This document shows, piece after piece, positions 56,084 to 64,000 of a stretch of 64,000 bases of DNA. Source of the stretch: Candidatus Micrarchaeota archaeon (lineage in GTDB: Archaea > Micrarchaeota > Micrarchaeia > Anstonellales > Bilamarchaeaceae); the NCBI GenBank assembly GCA_038046765.1, contig JBBSVN010000005.1:12037-76036 (forward strand), read 5' to 3'. The notes below the pieces were generated by a model. It worked only from the letters and a program-made list of their open reading frames with translations. It was not told the origin of the DNA and ran no database searches. How positions within the stretch are numbered: the stretch's first letter is position 1; each line of letters opens with the position of its first letter. Both the position numbers and the translations under genes were made by a program.

Positions 56084-56743
56084 TTATATTTGTAATTTTT
56101 TCACAGTTTCATATAATGCATCTAACGACTTAAATATATCTTTAGTTGTTATTTCAGATTTTACTATAATTAGATTAACCTTAGTAGAACCTATTTCGAA
56201 TATTATGTCGAAAGGAGTTCGTATCAAAGGTGTTCCTCTATCATAAAGTCTCATATTAGGAGTAACATCCGCAAATTTTTCGTAAACATCTTTTAGCCCC
56301 ACCTCAACAAATTTCTCTTTTGAATCTAAAAAAGCGTATTTTGGCGCGACCCCTAACCTATTCTCTGTTTCGATTGATAAAATCCAGTAGAAAAAGCTTG
56401 ATAATTTTCCTTGCATTGTAAAACCGCCGTATGCTGCGTACCTAGAAATCAATATCTTATAAGTTCTTTTATCATATTCTCCTTGCCACGCCATTCCATC
56501 TATTGGTTTTCCAGTTATTTGAAATCCTTTCTTGTTTAGCTCCTTATTTATGTTTTCAAAATATCCTAAATCTTTATGACTTTGATACCACATATATCCT
56601 AAACCGCCTAAGAAAATTATTGTGAACGCCAATATTCCTGCCGTATTTGCTCTAGGTGTAGCAAAATAGTAAAGAAATACGAAAAAAATTATGCTAATTA
56701 TAAGAATAATTAAATAAATCCGATCGATAGGGGTTATTCTCAT
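56084..56743 (-). CDS. hypothetical membrane protein
   Basis: Track ORF with two N-terminal TM segments. Its start abuts the gyrA stop. Confidence 0.4.
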   Translation of the reverse strand: MRITPIDRIYLIILIISIIFFVFLYYFATPRANTAGILAFTIIFLGGLGYMWYQSHKDLGYFENINKELNKKGFQITGKPIDGMAWQGEYDKRTYKILISRYAAYGGFTMQGKLSSFFYWILSIETENRLGVAPKYAFLDSKEKFVEVGLKDVYEKFADVTPNMRLYDRGTPLIRTPFDIIFEIGSTKVNLIIVKSEITTKDIFKSLDALYETVKKLQI

Positions 56744-59700
56744 TTAGTCCACTTTCTTTTCATGTGCGTTTGCTGGGGGTTTTTCTTCCTGTGCATTTAC
56801 TTCTGTTCCATTTGTTTTTTCCTTCGGTACATTTGCTTGGTCGGTTTCTCCTGCATTCACCGTATTTACTACGTCTGTTTCTTGCGTCGTATCTGGTTTA
56901 CTTTCAAATGCGGCAAAGCTAGCGACCTTTTCCCCTTCGTTAAGTTTGATTATCCTAACTCCCATCGTGTTCCTGCCGATTATCGAGATTCCATTCGCTC
57001 CTACGCGTATTGTCTGGCCTTTGTCAGTTACAACTAAAATCTCATCGTTTTCATTTACGCATTTAGCTCCGCAGACAAAACCATTTCTTTCTTCGGTTTT
57101 TATGTTTATTATTCCGCTTCCGCCTCGCCCTTGTAATCGGTATTCTTCAATCTCGGTTCGTTTTCCGTATCCGTTTTCAGTTATTGTCAATAATACGGAA
57201 GTATTGCAAACAGTCATGCTGACAACTTCGTCATCATCGTCCATCCTAATTCCAATTACCCCTTGGCCGGTTCGTCCTATTTCGCGTGCATCTTCTTCCA
57301 TGAATCTTATTGATTGACCTTTTTTAGTTGAAATTAAAACGCTTTGCTTGCCATCGGTTTTAACTACATCAACTAGTCCGTCCTTTTCCTTTAATGTAAT
57401 TGCAATAATTCCGTTTTTTCTTGGATTATTAAAGTTTGCTAGTGAGGTTCTTTTTATTATCCCCAACTTAGTTGACATCATTAAAAATTCATTTTCATTG
57501 AACTTGTCAACAGAAATCCATGAGGTTACCTTTTCATCTTTAAGATCAAGCAAGTTAACTATCGTTTTTCCTGTTGCATGTCTTGAAACCTCTGGGACTT
57601 TATATGATTTCAACCAAAATACTCTTCCTAAATTCGTGAAGCATAACATGTAATTGTGATTTTTAGTTACAATAACATCGAGTATTGCATCTTCTTCTTT
57701 TGTCTCGCCACCAACTCCCTTTCCGCCTCTTCTTTGTACGTGATACTCGTTTAATTTCATTCTTTTTATGTATCCTCTTCCAGTTATTGCTAGTACAACG
57801 TCATCGTTTGGAATAAGCGCTTCGTCATCAATCTCCTCATCGCTATCAAGTATTTCTGTTCTTCTTGGGTTGTTGTGTTTTTCTTTTATTTCTGCTAATT
57901 CTACTTTTATAATTTCTAAAATTTTGTTAATATCTGAAAGAATATCTTTTAATTTTAAAATTTCTTTCATCAGTTCGCTTAGTTCTTCCTCTATCTTCTT
58001 TCTTTCTAATGAAATTAATTTTTGGAGTCTCATATCTAAAATAGCGTTAGCTTGTTTTTCGCTTAGTTGATAATTATTCATTAATCCAAGTCTTGCTTCC
58101 TGAACATCTTTTGATTTTTTTAAGAATGCGACTATTGGTTCAATGTTGTCTAATGCCTTAGTTAATCCTTCTAATATGTGTGCTTTATCTGTTGCAACTC
58201 TAAGTTCAAATTGGCATCTTCTTGTTACAATTTCTTTTCTAAAATCTACAAATTCACGAATCATTTCATATAACGGAAGTACTTTTGGTTGCTTTCCAAC
58301 AAGTAGTAAATTTATTATTCCAAAACTTGATTGTAAACCCGTATGCGTATAAAGTTGGTTTAGTGTTACTTCTGGGTTGGCATCTCTTGTTAATTCAACC
58401 ACTACTTCTATTCCAGTTCGGTCGCTTAAATCATGTACTCCGCGAACTCCTTCGATTACCTTATCCCGAACTTTATCTGCAATCGTTTCGATGATACTAG
58501 TTTTAGTTACCTGGTATGGAATTTCTTTTATTATTATCGCATTTTTCTTATGGTCTATTTCGCATTTTCCTCTTAATTTTATGCTTCCTCTTCCTGTTTT
58601 TTGAGCGTTATAAATCCCGTTTCTTCCTAATATTTGTCCGCCAGTTGGAAAATCAGGGCCCAAAACATGGCTCATAACCTGTTCTTCATTTGCGCCACTA
58701 ATGTAAGCCAATATTCCATCAACAATTTCGCCTAGGTTATGCGGTGGCATGTTTGTTGCCATACCAACTGCGATTCCAGAACTTCCGTTAATTAATAAGT
58801 TTGGAAATTTACTTGGCATTACTGTCGGTTCCTTTAATGTTCCATCAAAATTAGGTACAAAATCTACTGTTTCTTTTTCTAAATCATTTAGCATTTCTTC
58901 AGCAAGTTTTTGTAATCTTACCTCGGTATATCTCATTGAAGCGGGCGGGTCTCCATCAATCGAACCAAAATTTCCCTGTCCTTCTACTAAAGTGTATCTC
59001 ATGCTAAATTCTTGAGCCATTCTTACTAATGACTCGTAAATAGGTGAGTCTCCGTGTGGATGGTACTTACCCATACAATTATGAGAAATCATTCCGTTTG
59101 CAATAAATTCATGCGAGTTTTCAACTTGAATGTCGTAAGTTTTTTCGATACCCGCGTCCTCTATTTTTTCCACTTTTAAGAAATATGTGTCATTGTCTAA
59201 AACTTCATTTATGAAATTAGCTAAAGGAGATTTCATTTGATTTAATTTTTCTTGTATCCCCAAATCAACAATCTGGGTTCTTCCAAGATTTTTTTCTTTT
59301 AAGTCCTTTGAATATCTAATTTTTGTTCCATCAGGGTATTTTATCCCCATTTTGAATTTTTGGTTATCTGCATCTTGGTACCAGCCACCGCCTAAATGCT
59401 TATTACTAAATTCTCCAAATATTATCTTTCCTGCATATGGGATTTGGTCATATTTGCAAACTTTCATATCTTGTCCTATTTTTTCCTTACCTGCTATTTT
59501 TCTTTCATCAAAGAATTCTAACATTTCCGCTAATTCAATTGCAAATCTACTTCTTACTTCAAGTGAGTGTGCTGGGAAATTTCCCTTAGCCATTCTACCA
59601 TTTATCATGTGTGCTTCTTTGGGTTCCTGCACATATCTTGTACTAAAAATACCTATATGTTGTAAAATAATCTGAATCTGGTCAATCATTTTTTCTGAAA

Positions 59701-60682
59701 CAGAGACATATCTCAAACAGTTTCGTTCGCTATCTATGCTCCCATCTCCATCTATTAATCCGCTTAATAATGCGTTTATAACTGGTTTTGGTGAAGAAAA
59801 TATTTGTTTAGGAATAAATTTTGTTTCTGCCAAAGCGTTTTCTAATTCAAATGTTTTTACTAAGAAGTTGTTTACATCTACTTTATTTACCCTTACTAGA
59901 TACATCTTATTTAGAAGAATTTGGCCTGTTGTTGTTTCTACCTCATATTCTCTTTCTTCCAATGTTGCTTCATAATTAAATTCTTCATTTAATATCTCTA
60001 TTAATTTTTGGATTACTGCAATCGAGTTACTCGAAACCGCGCATCTGTAATCCTTACCGTGATTATATCCTTTTTCAACCCAACCATCTGATAATAATTG
60101 ACCTAAAAGATACGCTATGTTTTCATTTAAGTATACTTTTTTACCTTCAAATTCTCCAAGTAACACATGCTTTTTTATGTTTGGATAAATAGATCTTGAA
60201 ACGACGTATTGATTTTCTTTTAAATCCTTCGCTTCAATCCAAACAAATTCCATTTTTTCATTCAATATCTTGAATTTTTGTGATTTAGTAACTATGTTTG
60301 AAATTCCATTTGCAAGTTTGATTTTTATTAATTCTTTTTCAGGCATTTCGTATAGCTCGTTAACTTTATTTTCTCCATTTTGAGTGTAAACAATGTCTCC
60401 TTTCTCTATTTCTTGTATTGGGATTAATCCCCTTTTAGCTGCAACTAAGGTATCTTTTACAAAACATTCCCCAACTACTCTAGCTGATTTTTTAGTTGGT
60501 TTACTATGTGTGTTTCCTAGTTCGTGCATTGAAAAAAGTATTCTTCTATGTACTGGTTTTAATCCATCTCGAATATCGGGAATTGCCCGTCCAACAATTA
60601 CGCTCATCGAGTAGTTTAAGTAACTTTCTTTTAGGTCTTTTTCAATTGACTGGTTGATGATTATTTCGGACATAAATACCAC
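56744..60682 (-). CDS. gyrA: DNA gyrase subunit A, interrupted by an intein
   Basis: The exteins carry [29 protein letters not shown]...ARVVGE, then the intein, then [11 protein letters not shown]...MRYTE(active-site Tyr region)..., followed by the C-terminal beta-pinwheel repeats. Confidence 0.9.
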   Translation of the reverse strand: MVFMSEIIINQSIEKDLKESYLNYSMSVIVGRAIPDIRDGLKPVHRRILFSMHELGNTHSKPTKKSARVVGECFVKDTLVAAKRGLIPIQEIEKGDIVYTQNGENKVNELYEMPEKELIKIKLANGISNIVTKSQKFKILNEKMEFVWIEAKDLKENQYVVSRSIYPNIKKHVLLGEFEGKKVYLNENIAYLLGQLLSDGWVEKGYNHGKDYRCAVSSNSIAVIQKLIEILNEEFNYEATLEEREYEVETTTGQILLNKMYLVRVNKVDVNNFLVKTFELENALAETKFIPKQIFSSPKPVINALLSGLIDGDGSIDSERNCLRYVSVSEKMIDQIQIILQHIGIFSTRYVQEPKEAHMINGRMAKGNFPAHSLEVRSRFAIELAEMLEFFDERKIAGKEKIGQDMKVCKYDQIPYAGKIIFGEFSNKHLGGGWYQDADNQKFKMGIKYPDGTKIRYSKDLKEKNLGRTQIVDLGIQEKLNQMKSPLANFINEVLDNDTYFLKVEKIEDAGIEKTYDIQVENSHEFIANGMISHNCMGKYHPHGDSPIYESLVRMAQEFSMRYTLVEGQGNFGSIDGDPPASMRYTEVRLQKLAEEMLNDLEKETVDFVPNFDGTLKEPTVMPSKFPNLLINGSSGIAVGMATNMPPHNLGEIVDGILAYISGANEEQVMSHVLGPDFPTGGQILGRNGIYNAQKTGRGSIKLRGKCEIDHKKNAIIIKEIPYQVTKTSIIETIADKVRDKVIEGVRGVHDLSDRTGIEVVVELTRDANPEVTLNQLYTHTGLQSSFGIINLLLVGKQPKVLPLYEMIREFVDFRKEIVTRRCQFELRVATDKAHILEGLTKALDNIEPIVAFLKKSKDVQEARLGLMNNYQLSEKQANAILDMRLQKLISLERKKIEEELSELMKEILKLKDILSDINKILEIIKVELAEIKEKHNNPRRTEILDSDEEIDDEALIPNDDVVLAITGRGYIKRMKLNEYHVQRRGGKGVGGETKEEDAILDVIVTKNHNYMLCFTNLGRVFWLKSYKVPEVSRHATGKTIVNLLDLKDEKVTSWISVDKFNENEFLMMSTKLGIIKRTSLANFNNPRKNGIIAITLKEKDGLVDVVKTDGKQSVLISTKKGQSIRFMEEDAREIGRTGQGVIGIRMDDDDEVVSMTVCNTSVLLTITENGYGKRTEIEEYRLQGRGGSGIINIKTEERNGFVCGAKCVNENDEILVVTDKGQTIRVGANGISIIGRNTMGVRIIKLNEGEKVASFAAFESKPDTTQETDVVNTVNAGETDQANVPKEKTNGTEVNAQEEKPPANAHEKKVD
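59078..60466 (-). mobile_element. GyrA intein (463 aa) with a LAGLIDADG homing endonuclease domain
   Basis: It begins with Cys (CFVKDTLV) directly after ARVVGE and ends with SHN followed by the +1 Cys of [10 protein letters not shown]. The internal endonuclease motifs are [11 protein letters not shown] and [12 protein letters not shown]. Confidence 0.85.
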
Positions 60683-60779
60683 TAAATCTATAGTTTAATC
60701 GTGTGTTTTTTTATTTATAAAATTAGGCTGTTTTTGCCTTATATATTTATCGCAAAAACGTATTAAATACCTGACGGTT

Positions 60780-61853
60780 TTACTTTCTTGCAATTATCGC
60801 TTCTCTTGTAGCATTGCGCTCTTCATAAGTTCCTCCAAGTGCTTCATAGTGCGTTGGTTTTCTGAATGTTTCTGAATAATACTCCGAAGGCAAATACCAA
60901 GCTTGTGTATCTCTAAAAAATGCTCCACTTTCATCTACTTCACTTGTTCCAAAAATAGAACTTTGTTCCAATGTTCCTGCCCACTTCATTCCAGCTAATC
61001 TGCAACAGGCTTGTAAAATACTACTATCTGCGCGTGCTTCTGCAAAGACTACTAAATTAGGGCCGTAGGTATTTCTTGCGATATAAACTGCCTTGTAAGC
61101 CATAAACGGAATGATGTCTAAGACAATTTGCCTATCCGCATCAACATTTACAAAATCCAAGAATGCTACTTCTTCCTCATCATTGGCTCTTTCGCCTACT
61201 CTAAGTTCCCCAGTTTTCCTATTCAAATTTACAATTTCTTTATCTGCCATAAATACTGCTGCAATTTTATCACTGCCAATTTTTCTTGCAACTAGTACGA
61301 TGTGGTCGTTTGGCATTTTCATTACTGCTTCTGGACTAATGTCTGTTGGATAATCATAAAATATTCTTGTAAACCTAGCTGAAATTTGCGTAGCAAGTGC
61401 TTCGTTCATGTGTGTTATTTGTTCAACCGCATAGCCTTCACAACTTCTAACTAATCCCTTTATTTCCGGAACAGGATATTCTTCTTCAATGCGCGAAATC
61501 TGTTCTAAATATTTTGCTTTAGCTTCTAAGTTACTTCTTCTTGAAGGCGTATTATGTGCCAGAGTAACTAAATTATATCCTTTGAAAATATGCTCTACAG
61601 GAAAATTTGCTTCTATTGAAAAACCATTTAGCGTTTCTCTACTTTTTTTAATTGCATTAACTAAACTGGATTCGATAAATGCTCTGATCATTACTCTAGT
61701 TGCAGGTGAAGTTTTCGGGTGTCCTATAAGTTTTTTTGCATCATCCATCAAATCTTCAATGTGTTCTTTGTCTATTAATCTAAAACATAAACCTTTGATT
61801 CGATTATTCTTTGGGTCATACCGGGGTAAATGAATTCCTAATCTTGCTGACAT
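60780..61853 (-). CDS. hypothetical protein
   Basis: Track ORF of 357 aa. I recognise no family with confidence. Confidence 0.4.
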   Translation of the reverse strand: MSARLGIHLPRYDPKNNRIKGLCFRLIDKEHIEDLMDDAKKLIGHPKTSPATRVMIRAFIESSLVNAIKKSRETLNGFSIEANFPVEHIFKGYNLVTLAHNTPSRRSNLEAKAKYLEQISRIEEEYPVPEIKGLVRSCEGYAVEQITHMNEALATQISARFTRIFYDYPTDISPEAVMKMPNDHIVLVARKIGSDKIAAVFMADKEIVNLNRKTGELRVGERANDEEEVAFLDFVNVDADRQIVLDIIPFMAYKAVYIARNTYGPNLVVFAEARADSSILQACCRLAGMKWAGTLEQSSIFGTSEVDESGAFFRDTQAWYLPSEYYSETFRKPTHYEALGGTYEERNATREAIIARK

Positions 61854-61951
61854 AAATATTTCACCGTTTAAAATTAGTTTAAATTAGTTTTTTATTTTTA
61901 GCTACTTTAATATATATTTGGTAACATTAAAAAGGGTTTTGAAAAGCAATC

Positions 61952-62003
61952 GATTCCGTTCTAGCGAACTTTTAGGCTGTTTTTGATGGTTGGAGCGGAA
62001 ACG
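61952..62003. repeat. 52-nt repeat element, copy A (downstream of the ATPase gene)
   Basis: gattccgttctagcgaacttttaggctgtttttgatggttggagcggaaacg. It matches copy B at 48 of 53 aligned positions, with identical 15-nt left and 16-nt right ends. The ends are partly self-complementary (ttccgttc/gagcggaa). Confidence 0.7.
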
Positions 62004-62011
62004 TTTTATAA

Positions 62012-63280
62012 TTAAACTGATAAGGCAAATAACGGAAGATATAATCTGGTTTTTGTAATTGTTTTATCAATATCCAACATTATCGTGCCATCTCTCTGTT
62101 TTTTACCCTTGCCTACTTCAAATTTTAGTTTTCCTGCAATAAAATCTGCTTCATGGCTGTAAAATAAATCTGGTTCACTTTCAACTAAATGCCGAAATAC
62201 TGAGCCCTCTCTTGAGTTACCAGTTAATTCTGCAATGTTCGCAATTGGGAGGGCAAGGTAATATCTAATAGAAGAAGAATAGAAAAACCATTTTTTCGGT
62301 TTTTTTAGCATTCGATTTCTTCCTTCAAATGTTATGCCTTTTATAAGAACGCTATTTTCAAGAGCATCTAGTATTTTAACAACACTTTCCTTTGAAATAC
62401 CAATAACTTCTGAAAGGCTTGATATTTTTACCCCATCAGAAGGTATTGTAGACAAGTATTTTATCATTTTTTCTGCGCTTGATAACATTTCACCACTGAA
62501 TTTCTCATATTTTGCAAGATCTTCGTAAACCGTTCTTTTGATTAACTCAGTTATCGCTTCTTTATACGCAATATCGCTAAGGTTAAGTGAAAATGGCATG
62601 TCTTGTTTTACATATTCCTCATAAATTGCAGATAAATTGTAGTTCTTCATAATTACAAGAACTTTAAGATATTGTGGATTGCAATCTTCTTCCTTTTTGA
62701 TGTTGTTTCGTATCTCTAAAGTCAACTCTTCAGGAATTACCAAGTCATATTTTAATGCTAAGTATTCTCTAAATGAGAACGGCAATGCATGTAATTCAAA
62801 AGCTCGTCTTGCCAATTCCTTTGTCTTTTTTATTGGCAATGCTGACGATGACGTGGCTATAATTATAATGTTTGGTCTTCGGTCTCTTAGTACTTTTAAT
62901 TTAAGATCCCAGTTCTCAAGGTAAGTTACTTCGTCGAGTAAAAGCAGGAACTGTTTGCTCATACCAATGTTTTGTTTTTGTATGTAATCTAAAGCTTCTA
63001 TTGCATCTTCTAAACTTATCCCCCTTGAAACTAAGGCATCTGCAGATAAATAAGTGATACTATCATTATTTTTACTTTCCATTATCTGATAAAGTGCAGT
63101 CGTTTTCCCAGTTCCTCTTAAACCACTTATAAGAATTACTCTCTGACCGCTTTCTTTTATTGCTTTCTCAAGATTGCTTACAAAAAATCTTCTTTTTGTT
63201 ATCTTCTTTAGTTCTTCTTGTGCCAAGATAACATTTTCTGCAATTGAGTTTGATATAAAATTTACTATTTTGTCATCCAT
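62012..63280 (-). CDS. AAA-family ATPase with a C-terminal DUF4143-like domain
   Basis: Walker A ISGLRGTGKTT and Walker B LLLDEVTY. The length and C-terminal domain are typical of the COG1373-type ATPases. Confidence 0.7.
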   Translation of the reverse strand: MDDKIVNFISNSIAENVILAQEELKKITKRRFFVSNLEKAIKESGQRVILISGLRGTGKTTALYQIMESKNNDSITYLSADALVSRGISLEDAIEALDYIQKQNIGMSKQFLLLLDEVTYLENWDLKLKVLRDRRPNIIIIATSSSALPIKKTKELARRAFELHALPFSFREYLALKYDLVIPEELTLEIRNNIKKEEDCNPQYLKVLVIMKNYNLSAIYEEYVKQDMPFSLNLSDIAYKEAITELIKRTVYEDLAKYEKFSGEMLSSAEKMIKYLSTIPSDGVKISSLSEVIGISKESVVKILDALENSVLIKGITFEGRNRMLKKPKKWFFYSSSIRYYLALPIANIAELTGNSREGSVFRHLVESEPDLFYSHEADFIAGKLKFEVGKGKKQRDGTIMLDIDKTITKTRLYLPLFALSV

Positions 63281-63310
63281 AAGTCTATTCTATTTAAATA
63301 GGTATTTAAA

Positions 63311-63363
63311 GATTCCGTTCTAGCGGAAGTTTTAGGGTGCTTTTGAAGGTTGGAGCGGAAACG
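63311..63363. repeat. 53-nt repeat element, copy B (upstream of the ATPase gene)
   Basis: gattccgttctagcggaagttttagggtgcttttgaaggttggagcggaaacg, in the same orientation as copy A. Confidence 0.7.
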
Positions 63364-63409
63364 CAAAAGAGCTCTGCATTTTTTAAATTGTTGTATTTAT
63401 AATAATTTT

Positions 63410-64000
63410 ATGGTTAGAGAGTTTAAACTAGGTAAAGAAATAATTGCTGCAACAAGAAGTTATGTTCAAGTAGCCTTAAGAGATGCACTTAGAAAACAGG
63501 AAATGCTGGAACCAGATGGATTGTCCATGCAGGAAGGTTTACCAAAGAGAAAACACTATGATTGGACAGAAGAAAAACGAGCTTATCTTATCCAACTTCT
63601 AGAAGAACATCCTGATTTTGGTTATCAAGAAATAGCAGATGCAATAAATGAGAAATTTCCAGATGGAGTTAAAGTAGACAGATATAAAATTAATGCGAAG
63701 CTTTCTTTTGACATTTACAAAGAAAAACCAGAATTAAGAAGGATAGCAGAATACCGACCATCTTGTGAATGGACAAAAGAAAAAAGATCTTATTTAGTAA
63801 AACTTTTAGTCGATTTTCCTGAACTTAGTCATGAAGAATTAGCAGATAAGCTAAATGAAAAATTTCCGAACGGAGTTCAAGCTGAAAAAGACACCGTTAA
63901 GGGTATAATCAGTCGTATTCACCAAGAAAACAAAGAATTAAGATGTGATTCCTTAATCTTTGAAGAACCTCGCGAACTAGATAATCAAATATTAACTAGA
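63410..64000 (+). CDS. hypothetical protein with tandem ~60-aa helical (Myb/HTH-like) repeats, partial (runs off the right window edge)
   Basis: Own translation from ATG 63410: MVREFKLGKEII... The internal repeat is DWTEEKRAYLIQLLEEHPDFGYQEIADAINEKFPDGV versus EWTKEKRSYLVKLLVDFPELSHEELADKLNEKFPNGV. Confidence 0.45.
   Translation, partial: MVREFKLGKEIIAATRSYVQVALRDALRKQEMLEPDGLSMQEGLPKRKHYDWTEEKRAYLIQLLEEHPDFGYQEIADAINEKFPDGVKVDRYKINAKLSFDIYKEKPELRRIAEYRPSCEWTKEKRSYLVKLLVDFPELSHEELADKLNEKFPNGVQAEKDTVKGIISRIHQENKELRCDSLIFEEPRELDNQILTR

Noticed and set aside
56762-60614. Series of plus-strand track ORFs (56762, 56946, 57348, 57768, 58143, 58285, 58377, 58749, 59352, 59736, 60393)
   Set aside because: All are antisense to the well-supported gyrA/intein ORF and have Ser/Phe/Leu/Ile-rich shadow-frame composition. 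The same reasoning applies to the other antisense track ORFs inside confident genes, for example 2744, 3698, 6769, 9937, 11377, 13504, 13798, 14444, 14949, 26571, 28040, 30528, 34020, 36026, 36386, 43679, 44373, 51438, 51717, 61111, 61489 and 62334.
60722-60737. 15-nt exact match (ttaggctgtttttg + flanks) between the gyrA upstream region and repeat copy A (61972)
   Set aside because: A single 14-15-nt match in 64 kb of AT-rich sequence on two strands is within chance expectation. The conserved ends of the 53-nt element are absent here.
61952-63363. The 53-nt repeats as integron attC sites
   Set aside because: I could not find convincing R''/R' core sites (RYYYAAC / GTTRRRY) in the right positions. 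No integrase gene is in the window.

Overview
This window looks like an AT-rich, gene-dense archaeal chromosome segment. I ran no database search, HMM or folding program. Every functional call comes from reading motifs in the supplied or my own translations.

**Evidence for an archaeon.** The window encodes PriL (partial), FEN1, aMBF1, SRP54, an archaeal-type ThrRS, a class I CCA-adding enzyme and archaeal SAM synthetase. It also encodes GGGP synthase, HMG-CoA reductase, two PurP paralogs, deoxyhypusine synthase and an RNase P RNA. The mix of a reduced housekeeping set with many orphan, secreted or membrane proteins resembles a small-genome, DPANN-like lineage. That lineage assignment is inference only.

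**General properties.**
- Genes commonly carry a GGTGA-type Shine-Dalgarno 5-10 nt upstream of the start codon.
- I found no rRNA and no CRISPR array.

**Most notable observations.**
1. All three tRNA genes (Val-GAC, Met-CAT, Phe-GAA) need two introns each: one non-canonical and one at position 37/38.
2. Two divergent paralogous small HTH genes (33.3 kb and 55.0 kb) share one architecture. An SD plus ATG opens a short ORF. The HTH domain follows in the +1 frame without its own start codon, and a 13-nt block is identical in both copies at the frame junction. This is a candidate for programmed recoding.
3. A plus-strand island at 15.5-19.0 kb encodes a PP2C phosphatase, a kinase-fold protein lacking the catalytic Asp, and a small partner protein. 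A strictly 11-bp-phased, dyad-symmetric TTGCCA/TGGCAA operator array lies upstream of the kinase-fold gene.
4. The uppS N-terminal catalytic motif is split across two frames by a 40-nt insertion. A free-standing LAGLIDADG endonuclease gene overlaps the uppS start codon.
5. Several unusual protein architectures occur:
   - a ribbon-helix-helix domain fused to GGGP synthase;
   - a circularly permuted DsbA-like domain with an SxxC site;
   - a Ser/Thr kinase followed by a TM segment and ankyrin-like repeats.
6. An AAA ATPase gene is bracketed by directly repeated 52/53-nt elements.
7. GyrA carries a 463-aa intein.
8. There are two putative toxin-antitoxin pairs.
9. An untracked 56-aa Cys-rich ORF abuts a multicopper oxidase.
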